This document shows, one piece after another, positions 50,001 to 61,100 of a stretch of 64,000 nt of DNA (position 1 is its first letter; each line of letters starts with the position of its first letter). The notes under the pieces were generated by a model that saw only the letters and a program-made list of their open reading frames with translations, ran no database searches and had not been told where the DNA came from. A program made the translations under genes and the position numbers. This stretch comes from Scyliorhinus canicula. Taxonomy: Eukaryota. Location of the stretch: positions 137,496,737 to 137,560,736 of the forward strand of contig NC_052160.1 in NCBI RefSeq assembly GCF_902713615.1, given 5' to 3'.

Positions 50001-53000
50001 ATGTGCCAAGTCAATGTAGCCAATTTCTTTCAGCCATCTGCCAACTGTACAGCTGTAATCTTAAAGGTTTATAGTACAAGTGAGGAGTTCTGCGCGCATT
50101 AAAAATTAAAATAATTAGTCAGAAAATGGTGGGCAGTGCCAACTAAATTCCGAGCATGTGCTCCCGGTAAGGAACGTTCCTTTCCAGGGTATGAATTGTA
50201 AATTTATCCCTAGCTCTCACAGAAACCCGGGAAATGGAAGTGATCGGCAAGGTGATTTTACCTATGATGGGCATCGCAAATTACTGTCTCTGCAACAACA
50301 TGAGCTTGCATTTGTATAGCACCACACACTCACTAAAATGTCCCAATGTGCTTCGCAAGAGCTTTATCAACTAAAAGTTGGCTTTGATATAAACAGATTA
50401 GGGCAGATTAAGCCGATATTAGGGTAGATGAGCAAAAAAGGTAGGTTTTAAGAAGCATCGTATAGGAAGAAAGAGAGGTAGAGAGCTGTCGAGAGTGAAT
50501 TTCAGAGCTTGGGGCCCAGGTGGCCCATAGCCTCCCTCGGATGGAGCCATTAAAATGAGGGATGATCGGAGGTCAGGGATATCTCAGAGGGTTGTAGGGT
50601 TTGAGGAGATTACTGAACAAGGATGAGTATTTTAAAGGGAACAAGAAAAATAACTGAAAAGGCAGAATTGAATTTTTTTAAAGCGCGAGTTAACTTAGTT
50701 TTGCTACAAGTTGATTCACGATTCACGTAGGGAAATGTAGCTTTTGTACCATTCTTTTAGTGCTGCATTTTGCACAGCAACCTCATTTCTAGAACTGAAA
50801 TAGCCAAATGGCTGAGGTTAGGAGCACAGGAATTGCTAAAAAAAAAAAAGAATGAGTGGGACCCACCCTCCTCTCATCCTTTTTTTTAAATTTAGAGTAC
50901 CCAATTCATTTTTTCCAATTTAAGGAGCAATTTAGCGTGGCCAATCCACCCACCCTGCACATCTTTGGGTTGTGGGGGCGAAACCCACACAAACATGGGG
51001 AGAATGTGCAAACTCCACATGGACAGTGACCCAGAGCCGGGATTGAACCTGGGACCTCAGTGCTGTGAGACTGCAGAGCTAACCACTGTGCCACCGCGCT
51101 GCCCGCCTCCTCCCATCCTGACAACCACACAATATAATGATAATGGGGTTACTGATTAATTATAATCAATCCATACCAATTAGATGACAACAGACATGGG
51201 CACTGTGTAAAGAAAACTCCGAGTGGTGTAATGTTTATCCCTCCTCATGGTTTGTAGCAGGTTTTGCATTATGTGTTCTGCGGTATTTTCCAAATTCTAA
51301 CCATTTACATGCTGAGGTGTCTCAGATTTGCCCCTACCATTTTTATTTTATGACCGTTTAATCCTTTAAGGTTTCCACATGCCATCATGGTAAGACACAT
51401 GATTTTATTACAATTGATGCCAAAATTAATTTTTGGTCTGGGGATGGCTTAGCACAGTGGGCTAAATAGCTGGCTTGTAATGCAGAACAAGGCCAGCAGC
51501 GCGGGTTCAATTCCCGTACCGGCCTCCCCGAACAGGCGGCGGAATGTGGCGACTAGGGGCTTTTCACAGTAACTTCATTGAACCCTACTTGTGACAATAA
51601 GTGATTATTATTATTAATTCATAATCAAAATTGTGCCAGGAATTCAGATTCCTTTCACTTTATCCAGTGGCAGTCTGGGCCCTAAATTCTGAAATTTTGT
51701 CCCTAACCCTTTCCATGTCTCTCCTGTTCTCCTCCTTTACGTTGCTCTGTTACACCTGTCCCTTTAGCTGAGTGGTTGGTTACCTGTCCTGGCAGCTCTG
51801 TATGCGACGCAGTGCCAAATTGTGTCTGCTCATAAGCCTGTGAAAAGCCTTAGAACGTGTCACTGACATTAAAATACAACATAAATGCAAATTATTGTTC
51901 TTGTGGCTGTCACGTTATACAAAAGATTACTGCTGCTTGTCCTGTTGTCTGAAAGGCTCAGAAAAGTAGGGTGAATTAAGAAGAGGATCAATTTTTTTTT
52001 TGAAAAGGACTGTGCTTTCTCTCTAGACGTTCCTCTGTTATCCACTGACGTTTGGCTGAACGATTAGAGTGGCCCTGCAGAGATTTTTATCCCTGATGGA
52101 TTTGGAAGAAATGAGACTTAGAATGTTAAAATTAGGAGACTGCGAAAACGGGGAGACTTGATAGTGGGAAGAGACAACAGTTGCCCTACCTTCTCTCGGG
52201 CAATTGGCGATGGTCACATCTTATTGGTCAACAACAAAAAGTTTGGCAGATATTGAAAACTGTTGCTGTATTGTGCGTGCTTCCACGTCTTGGTCCATGA
52301 GTGGCTGACTACATTGGTCCCCATACTCACATGATTTCTCGCTGTTTTTCGTTGACCGCCTAGCCTGTTCCTGACGCTCGGAATAATCTTTGGGATTTTG
52401 GCGGTGATGATCCTTGGGCTTGTGATCCTCGTCATCAGAAAAATAAGAAAGCACAAATATGACGGTAAGTTCTGAAACCAAAGCTATTTTCACACAGCAA
52501 AAACAAACCCGGCGTTCAAACAAACCAAAGAACCAAAAGGAAACACACCCATTGTGTGGGGCGACCTTGAGCGGATCGTGCCTGTTGAGGTCCTACCAAT
52601 TTCTGCATTTCAACTGCACCGATGTTTCGTCAGGGCTGGAACCTCCTTGTATCTTCAGTTCAACCTGACACAAGTCTCGGTAAAGCACTGAGCCAAAAGT
52701 GATGGTACTTCCTGTATCTCTTTGGAAGAATAGCAACTCTGTTGCAGTGTCCATTCAGCGCAACATAATAGTGACAGGATTGCCAGTAACATTGTGGCAA
52801 TTTGTACGTGGCACATAGCAATGTGGATTGTTTTTTTGCTGATGATTTTAAAATGCTTGGGAGTCATTTTCGCGACACAAAGGTGATTTTATTTCTTAAT
52901 TAAAAGGGTCACTTGTCTGTATTTTCTCTATCTTTTGTGTGCTGAGAGCCAAGTCCATGTTCCAGTATGGTACCAGATCAAGAAGTAGAACAATTATAAT

Positions 53001-56000
53001 TTCTCGAACAAAGATCGAAAGCAAGATGTATGAATGAGCTATCAAATATCAAATGATCCCTTTGTGAATAGAACTACCATTATTAAATAAGCTGATGGAT
53101 AATCACATGCAGAATTCCTAATATTTTCTCCACTTGTCACACAATTCAAAGTTAGATTCAGTTAAAATAATTGAATCAGGCAGATATTTTTCACTTGAAA
53201 TTAAAAATGAAATGAAAACCGCTTATTGTCGAACAATAGATTCTGTTCAGACAGCATCTTCTGTACCCTGATACCCTGAGATACTTCACACTCAATAAAT
53301 TACTTCTTAAGTGTTGCTGGAAAAAAGGGACTTGCTGTTGAAGCTTTTCATTTTGTACTCAGCAGGACAAATTCACAAGAGTACGAAATCTCAAAGTGAA
53401 CGAGAATTGATTCTGCTTGAGAAGAGGGTGTGGATTGGTTGGCAAGTAGATTCTTGCAAATCTGTCCATGATGAGTGCAAGGCAAAAAGTTTCTACAGCA
53501 TTTCTCCTTTTTCAGCAATATTCTGTGCTATCAAGTGACTACTTCTTATGTCTCATCATTATTGTTAAAAAAGGACAGGGAGGGTGCCCAACAAGGCCCT
53601 GCAGACACCCAATGGAACAAATGAGCAGATAATAGGACAATTTCCATATTATTAATACAAGTGAGCTCACCAGCACAAATCTCACCAGAAAAGTAATCTC
53701 TTGATGACACTCAATCTCAACGGCTCAGCCTTCTGTGCGTAATTACTTACTGCTCCAGGTGAAGATTTGGATGAGTGCAAAGTGCAATTGAAAGGAATGC
53801 CGTCAATTAAAAGGGAGGTAGAATACAAGACCAGGGATGTACTTCTGAGGCTCTATAAGGCTCTGGTCAGACCCCATTTAGAGTACTGTAAACAATTTTG
53901 GGCTCCGTATCTAAGGAAGGACGTGCTGGCCCTGGAAAGGGTCCAGTGGAGGTTCACAAGAATGATCCCTAGAATGAAGAAATTGTCGTATGAGGAACGG
54001 TTGAGGACTCTGGGTCTGTACTCGTTGGAGTTGAGAAGGATGAGGGGGGATCTTATTGAAACTTACAGGATACTGCCAGGCGTGGGTTACTCAGGTCCCA
54101 CATGGCGGGATCTGGAAGGTGTGTCTGCAGGGGACGTCCTGGAGGGGGTCGGCCCCCACGGTGGCCTGGCCCGCAATCGGGGTCCACCGATCGGCGGGCG
54201 GGCTGGTTCCATGGGGGCCTATGTTCCTTTGCGCCAGGCCCCTGTAGGGCTCTGCCATGTTGCCCGGGGGCTGGCGCAGAGAAGGAAGCCCCCGCACATG
54301 CGCAGACGCATGGCAGCTGTAGCAGGCATGCACAGAATTACGCCAGCCGTTCCGCGCATGCGTGGAATCACGCTGGCCATTCCTCGGCGGCTGGAGCTGT
54401 AGGGACCACTCTGGTGCCGACCTAGCCCCCGAGGAAGGGGCGCATTCCCCATTATCAGGGACCATTGACGCCGGAGTGGTTGGAGCCGTTTTTCACGCCG
54501 GCGCGTGGACATAGCCCCATTATTGGAGAAACCCGACCCATAGTTCTCGACGGGGCGTGATGCGAAGATCTAGCCAGCAGCCAATGGTGATGTGCCTCTG
54601 CCACCGGGAAGCAGACGATGGGTGGGGTGGGGTGGGGGGGGGGGGGGGGGGGGGGGGGGGTGGAAAATTGAGGAAGAGACAGCCAGAGACAAAGGAAAAC
54701 AACAGTAAGTGAAACTGTGCGTCAGCCTCACAAGAGATAGACAAGAAGGTCAATGAGTGGAAAGAAAATAAAATGACAGACAAGGAGCAGAAAGAATTAA
54801 GACTGCGGACCATATGTTCCTGCAGAAATTTGTTGTTGTGTGTGGCCACCTTTTTCACCATACAGAACCTTTACATTATTTTGCTACATTAACACAAGAC
54901 AAGGCCTGTGTAGTACTTACTGCAGCCACAGACACACACACACACACAACTTGAACAATGAACCGGGAAACATTTCAGCTCAGCACATGGGAGTATAACA
55001 AGTGATGTAGCTGTGTCACCCATTTTAGAAACCATCTACTTTCAATTTCCATTTATTCCAGTGGAGATAGAAATCAGTCAGTTTCTATAGTATCAAACCT
55101 ACCGCCCCAGCTGAAAAGTTTTAAATTTATCATCGGAGTGGGAGTGGGTAGGGGGAGCTGAGGTACAGTTACAGGAAAGCTTCTTGCACTTCAATTTTGT
55201 CCAAGAGAAATGTTACAAGTTATCAATCAGTTGATATAAACAGAATCAAAATGAGTAACTGCTTAATCTTAAAATGAATTGTATTCAAATTGAGTGAAAT
55301 TAATGAAAGTCAATTGAGCAGAATATATTCCGAGATTTAATACAACTGCCTGACCCCGGCTGAAAACATTTTATCTAACAATATGTAACTAATATAAACC
55401 CATGATTGAAATTTTCTCATTAATTCATTGTGAAAGTTTCAGCTACTTACAAAGGATAGACCACTGCTTTCTCAAAATTACCTCAATACACTCATTCATC
55501 CCAGTTTTTCATGTAATGTTGAATATCAAAAAGTGCAATTTAATTTTTAAAACACAGCATTTAACACACGCCACGAAAACAGTCGCATTTTGAACTTTCC
55601 TGCTGCTTTGTTTATTATCTTTATGTTTGCATTTTCTAGACAACAGAGAGAAGGAATCAACAATAGAAAATTCTGTTCCAAAGTCAAACTCTGTGGTAAG
55701 GCTGTAACCTTGTTGACCAAACTGGATGCTTCCATACATGTGGCATCTCCCAGCCTGTGGAGTTGGCATGATAGATATATGTGCTTCATCTGAAATTCCT
55801 TCGAGCCAGGACTCACAACAGCTTTCAACTGGTGAATCCTATGTCCTCCTGAAGATAGAATGGAAAGTATTATCTGGATAGCATGTTCATATCCTCTCAA
55901 CATGCCCCCTTGGCATTGAGAGGTCTGGGCGCTGAATCTCAGTGGCGGGGAAGAGTCGGAAAGCGTGCCCTCCACTTTGGGAAAATTTTCCGCTGTGCAA

Positions 56001-57626
56001 TTCCTCCCCGTTTTTCTGGTCCCCATCTGTTCCAGAAGCATCCAGGGCCCAATGAGAATTTGGGGCCCTAGGTTTTGTTGGTTGGAAACCTGCTTTGAAG
56101 CTAATACATGCAACCAGACCAATCACTGATCGCTCTTTACACATTGTAGCATCATAGAATCATAGAATTTACAGTGCAGAAGGAGGCCATTCGGCCCATC
56201 GCACCTGCACCAGCCCTTGGAAAGAGAACCCTAACCAAGCCCACACCTCCATCCTATCCCCGCAACCCAGCAACCCCACCCAACCCTTTAGGACACTAAG
56301 GGGCAATTTAGCATGGCCAGTCCACCTAACCTGCACATCTTTGGACTTGTGGGAGGGAACCGGAGCACCCGGAGGAAACCCACGCAGATACGAGGAGATC
56401 GTGCAGACTCCGCACAGACAGTGACCAGCGCCGGCCCTAGGGTTGCTGGCGCCCCGGGCAAGCTGAACTTCGGCGCCCTTGGGGGGGGGGGGGGGGGGGC
56501 TGGGGGGGCGGGGCCGAGGCCGAGGGGGGGCAGGGGCGGGGCCGTGGGGGGCGGGGCCGGGGGGCGGCGGACGGAGGGGGGGGCGGACGGAGGGGGGGGT
56601 CGGAGGGGGGGCGGAAGGAGCCGCCCTGGGGGAGGGCGGCCACTGCGCATGCGCTGGTTGGCACTGGCCCAACTGCGCATGCGCGGGACCCGAGTCTCTG
56701 GCGCCCCCTAGCACATGGCGCCCCGGGCGACTGCCCGAGTTGCCGGTACCTTGGGCCGACCCTGACAGTGACCCAAGCCGGGAATCAAACCTGGGACCCT
56801 GGAACTGGGAAGCAACAGTGCTAACCACTGTTCTACTGTGCCGCCCCCAATCCCCCAAACTCTGTTTAGTATCTCCAATGTAGAAACCACTACGTTGTGT
56901 GCAGCAAACACCCTGTACTAAATTAAATGCAAATAAATCTCCAAAGTACTTCAGTTAAAATCAATACCAATTAAAACTTCATTTGAAAAAAATACTAAAA
57001 CTTGAATTTGGATGGAATGATTCACTTGTACTTTTATTCCTCAAATTCAGTTCATCGCCCAGTTTTGCTCATGTTATGTTAATGTTCATCTTAAATGGAT
57101 TAAGATGGGACCCTGGAGCTGCGAAGCAACAGTGCTAATCACTGTGTGACCTTGCCATCATCAAGCTGGGCCTGTCAATAGTACACTTGTCCGTGATCCC
57201 TTGAGAGGGACAGTGATGCCAAAATATGGCGAAAGTATTTTCTATAACCCAAGTTACTGATTAACCTAAGCAGTTGTATTTAACATGAATTCACTGCCTA
57301 TTTATTTTGGAGCTTTGAGGTGAGTTTATTTTCTGAAGTAAAAGTTTACCTTAATTTTCGTTCTTGTAATTCGATGATGGATTGATCCGTTGCTTCATTC
57401 TCCTCAATCACATCCTCATATTCTTTATCTGCAGCTGTCCAGAGAGTTGGAAGAAGGAGTTACTTACGCCACTGTGACAATTCAGCCCAATAATCACCCT
57501 CAGGAGCACACTGCTGCTTGCGATAATGTGAAACCTTCCAACAGTCAGGAAGCAATCAAGCCCACAGTTATTGAGGCACCAGCTTCAGAGCCAACAGAAT
57601 ATTCCACAGTTGTGTTCAAAAAGTAA
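41133..57626 (+). CDS. Gene B: CD300/CMRF35-like (pIgR-family) inhibitory receptor, 6 coding exons, 253 aa; tail resembles CD300LF
   Basis: Exons 41133-41172, 46213-46548, 47791-47827, 52364-52464, 55640-55695, 57435-57626 all have GT/AG borders with matching phases (1,1,2,1,0) and total 762 nt of open frame. Product: leader, IgV, stalk, TM, ITIM/ITSM tail. Confidence 0.9.
42766..42970. mobile_element. Short MITE of the same TIR class
   Basis: GGACAGGATTTTCC ... GGAAAATCCCAGCCC. Confidence 0.6.
43090..43620 (+). mobile_element. RTE-clade LINE 3' fragment
   Basis: KQLLHSELGH.RRLPGR..K...ETLACDRPKWRRFVR (degraded). Confidence 0.7.
44140..45190 (+). mobile_element. Degraded CR1 RT/3' fragment
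   Basis: GP.LFL, KFADD-like and 3' tail motifs. Confidence 0.65.
46213..46548 (+). CDS. Gene B exon 2, IgV domain (FKC...KYWCKGYYRRSC...DNGWYWCG...ELKVNQ)
   Basis: Acceptor TTACAG|, donor AAG|GTAGGA. Canonical B/F-strand Cys, C-strand Trp, and the extra C-x7-C pair typical of CD300/pIgR/TREM; NQS sequon. Confidence 0.95.
46714..47435. mobile_element. GC-rich Harbinger-type MITE inserted in a V-SINE, TSD CCT
   Basis: Host V-domain rejoins as TTTTCCCTGTGTCT; contains a ~45-nt G run. Confidence 0.8.
47791..47827 (+). CDS. Gene B exon 3, short stalk (APKSLTKNKERLS)
   Basis: TTTTGTACAG| acceptor, AAG|GTAAAT donor; 37 nt, phase 1 to 2, bridges the IgV and TM exons. Confidence 0.8.
47930..49530 (-). 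mobile_element. Two overlapping fragments of a second CR1/L2-type LINE family
   Basis: IYKAQVRSVM.HSPLAWM...TLKKL.TIQDKA...HCSNS.RL.RQHL; duplicated segment at ~47970-48200 and ~49020-49270. Confidence 0.7.
52364..52464 (+). CDS. Gene B exon 4, transmembrane (LFLTLGIIFGILAVMILGLVILVI-RKIRKHKYD)
   Basis: CCTAG| acceptor, G|GTAAGT donor; 24 uncharged residues followed by a basic stop-transfer stretch. Confidence 0.92.
53790..54075 (+). mobile_element. CR1 RT C-terminal fragment
   Basis: LYKALVRPHLEYC.QFWAPYLRKD...LERVQ.RFTRMIP...SYEERL. Confidence 0.85.
54078..54540. mobile_element. Partial GC-rich MITE following a CR1 fragment
   Basis: Ends GGAGAAACCCGACCC; internal blocks shared with other copies. 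Confidence 0.55.
55640..55695 (+). CDS. Gene B exon 5, cytoplasmic spacer (DNREKESTIENSVPKSNSV)
   Basis: TTTTCTAG| acceptor, GTG|GTAAGG donor; phase 1 to 0 joins the TM exon to the last exon exactly. Confidence 0.8.
56152..56848 (-). mobile_element. HE1-type V-SINE split by a hAT MITE
   Basis: Halves rejoin at ACAGTGAC. Confidence 0.85.
56426..56764. mobile_element. hAT-type MITE, 339 bp, 8-bp TSD ACAGTGAC, nested in an HE1 SINE
   Basis: TIRs CAGCGCCGGCCC / GGGCCGACCCTG; TSD at 56418-56425 and 56765-56772. Confidence 0.85.
57435..57626 (+). CDS. Gene B exon 6, ITIM (VTYATV) plus ITSM-like (TEYSTV) tail ending VVFKK*
   Basis: TTTATCTGCAG| acceptor, phase 0, TAA at 57624-57626. Confidence 0.9.
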   Translation: MSRELEEGVTYATVTIQPNNHPQEHTAACDNVKPSNSQEAIKPTVIEAPASEPTEYSTVVFKK

Positions 57627-57771
57627 TATTCTTCCAACATGACGTCTGCAAGCTGCTTTCGACCCACTTTCTGAAGAACGATATTCCTGTAAATTGTAAA
57701 TTATTCCGTTAGGGCTTGAGTATAGTTTCTGACCTTGTCCAGCAAGTGCATATTGGAAATGTCTCGGGCAG

Positions 57772-58120
57772 AATCATAGAATCATAGAATTCACAATGCA
57801 AAAGGAGGCCATTCAGCCCATCGAGTCTGCACCGGCCCTTGGAAAGAGCATCCTACTTAAGCCTGCACCTCCACCCTATCCCTGTAACCCAGTAACCCCA
57901 CCTAACCTTTTGGACACTAAGGGGCAATTTAGCCTGGCCAATCCACCTAATCTGCACATCTTTGGACTGTGGGAGGAAACCGGAGCACCCGGAGGAAACC
58001 CACGCAGACACGGGGAGAACGTGCAGACTCCGCACAGACAGTGACGCAAGCCGGGAATCGAACCCAGGTCCCTGGCGCTGTGAACCAACAGTGCTAACCA
58101 CTGTGCTACCGTGCCGCCCC
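57772..58120 (-). mobile_element. HE1-type V-SINE in the gene B 3' region
   Basis: Head, V-domain, tail; partial copy also at 59915-60142. Confidence 0.85.
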
Positions 58121-61100
58121 AGGCAGAGTGCCTGCATTTTCCCAACATTTGCCAGTGGCATGAATCCTCAGAACTTTTTTCTCTAACGTTTCCTTTGAAA
58201 CTCATGGTTCCTCTCTACCTACCCTATTTCCTCAGGGGGTTATGGGGTGTCGGGCTGGGAGGGTGGAGGAGGGGAGGGAGGTTTTTGGATTGGTGTCTAA
58301 AGCTAGTAAACAGAACCTTAACATCCAAGCTGGACAGCTCAGGGGTGATGTCAGGAGCCACTGTTTTAAACATGGGGTAGTGTGGAAATCTGGGAACTCT
58401 CTCCCCCAAGAAGCTGTCGAGGATGAAAATTGGGATTGATAGATTTTTATTAAGCAAAGGTAGAATTATTTCCCGGCCCATGGGCAGCCAAAATGTTATT
58501 CTTTGAAATATTTAACAGTTTAGTGTAAAAAGCATTGTTGTGAAGTGACAATAATTGTGATTCATGGAGGTTCACAATGGTGTCGCTCCCTATAATGTTT
58601 TATTAATATATTAACGGAAACCAAGACAGGTACCTGCGGGGGGGATGCTCCGCCACATTTCTGCCTGACCCACCGGCGGGATTCTCCATTACGCCGGCCG
58701 GTCAATGGGGTTTCCCATTGTGGGGCAGCCCCACACCGTCGGGAAACCCCCGGGCTGCCGGCAAAATGGAGCAATCCGCCCATGGAGTTAAGATCGGGAT
58801 CATCCGTGATCTAACTGAATAGCAGGCTAGAGGGGATGAATGGCCTACTCACCTTCATCTGAGCCTATACCCTGCGACACTATAGTCAGCTTACCCGGAC
58901 AGCAGTGTTCCTTCTAAACTGTGTGGGATCATGGCCGCACGATAATATCAAGGGGACCGTGCAGTGGAACAAGCAGGCCGCACACAACATGGAATTAGGG
59001 GCTGGTTTAGCTCACTGGGCTAAATCGCTGGCTTTTAAAGCAGACCAAACAGGCCAGCAGCACGATTCCTGTACCAGCCTCCCCGGACAGGCGCCGGAAT
59101 GTGGCGACTAGGGGCTTTTCACTGTAACTTCATTGAAGCCTACTCGTGACAATAAGCGATTTTTATTTCATTTTCATTTTCATTCACATTGCTGGGCAGC
59201 CACCCACACTCTGGTAAAATGGCCGCCATTTTCTAAAACAAAAAGAAAGCGAGCACTCTGTTACATTAACGACGGACGAGCAGACCACAGATGGTAATGC
59301 ACAGTCCTGCATTTTTATGGACCTGCGCATGTACTGTGGCTGTGTCACTCATGCATGTGCAGCACCAGAACAACACGTGACAATACACACAACTGCAATT
59401 ACTTCCTGACTGTTCACAATGTGTAGCTAGAATAATACTTAGTTAACCTTTGAAATGTTTAACAATTCATTGTGAAGTGGCAGCAATTCTTTCTGTCATA
59501 ATTCATGAGGATCACAGCATTTTAAATGGTGTTGTTGGGTGGTGCATCGTCGCTTACCATCAGTGCAGCTACTGCTGATGTTTCTGTTTTTATTTGATCG
59601 CATGTTACAATTAGAGTCCTTCTCTAGGTTATGTTCTGTGCTAAAGGTGCTTAGAGTGCTGGGCATTATTGAAAGTTAATGGAGCTATGACCGACTGATG
59701 CTTAACCCATGCTGGAAAATCAATGGGTACAGCCCCTTGTTCTATTCAGTAAGGATGAGTAACTAAGTGTGGCGCTAATTCTACTCTTAGATGAATGCAA
59801 TTGGGAATGAGTGATGTTAACGCCATCTTTTGTCACTGGAATTGCGAATCTCTCCAAATATTAGAAAAAGACCATTGGGGGGATTCCTGGTAACTGCAGC
59901 TGAAACCCTATTTAATCATAGAATCACAGAATCATAGAATTTACAGTGCAGAAAAGGCCATTCGGCCCATCGAGTCTGCACCGGCCCTTGGAAGGAGCAC
60001 CCTACCCTCCCCAAGCCCACACCTCCACCCTATCCCAGTAACCCCACCCCACCTTTTTGGTCACTAAGGGCAATTTATCATGACCAATCCACCTAACCTG
60101 CACGTCTTTGGACTGTGGGAGGAAAGCGGAGCACCCGGAGCGCCTAATGTAAATTGAACATTCTTGCAACGCCCTAAGAATGCTCAGTCTCAACGCCCCT
60201 GCCATATCGGGGCCATTTCCATTCTGCAAAACTTTATTTTGGTCTTTCTAATGCTGATTTGTCCTGGAAATGTTTCTTCTTTGCATTGTAAGTTCCCTCC
60301 TGTGTGGGAGAAGCTGGATTCATTGAGATTTTGAGCGCAACAGGCATCTGTGAGAGAAAACCTTCAATGTTTATGCATCTGTCTTTTGGTTATCCTGGAT
60401 CATTACTACAAGGATGGTGAGATTATCAAACATGTAAATGATGGAGATGAGCAGGATGGATGTCTTTAAGGGGAAGCCGGATAGAAACATGATCAAAAAG
60501 GTAATGAAGAATATCCTGCTCGGGTGAGATGAAGGAAACAGTGTGTGAGGAAGCTCAGGTGGGCCGAAGTGGCCTTTTGCTGTGTTATGAATTCTGAGCA
60601 CTGCTAATAAGCTCAATGCCAGAGTCGAAAATCAGATTTGCACATGATATTTTTTTTAATGCTAAAGGATATCTTCCAGATCTGTTTTAAGGTGAAAACT
60701 TGACCTGAGTGCGACAACAAAGTCAAACTTTCTTGGGATTGAAAAACAATTTCTGCAAAATTCAACCTTGCACATGGTCCACACATCCCTGCAAGATTTA
60801 AGGGGGCGACACTGAAAGAAAAAACCAGTTCAGGATTGTCTTCGAGCAAGGTTCATGTTTAGCAACCGCCGAGGATGCTAATTGGCTTGAATTTTGCAAC
60901 GATGGAGAAGATGTCAGCATTCACCGTCATCACAAAACAAATTGTCAGCAACTTGGGAGTTCACAGAAACACATAATAACGTAGAAATCCAGAGGTTCTT
61001 GGCAGTGATTCTGTGCTTCTCCCTTCGGATGTGCTGAGATCCCTCCAGAGTACAATCCCTCCGCAAACGTTTATTTCATGGAACGCCCCATTCTTGCATC

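Noticed and set aside
51371-51389. 19-nt AG/GT micro-exon in gene B intron 3
   Set aside because: Would frameshift the TM exon; no other support
53767-54402. 211-aa ORF
   Set aside because: CR1 RT fragment fused to a MITE, not a host gene
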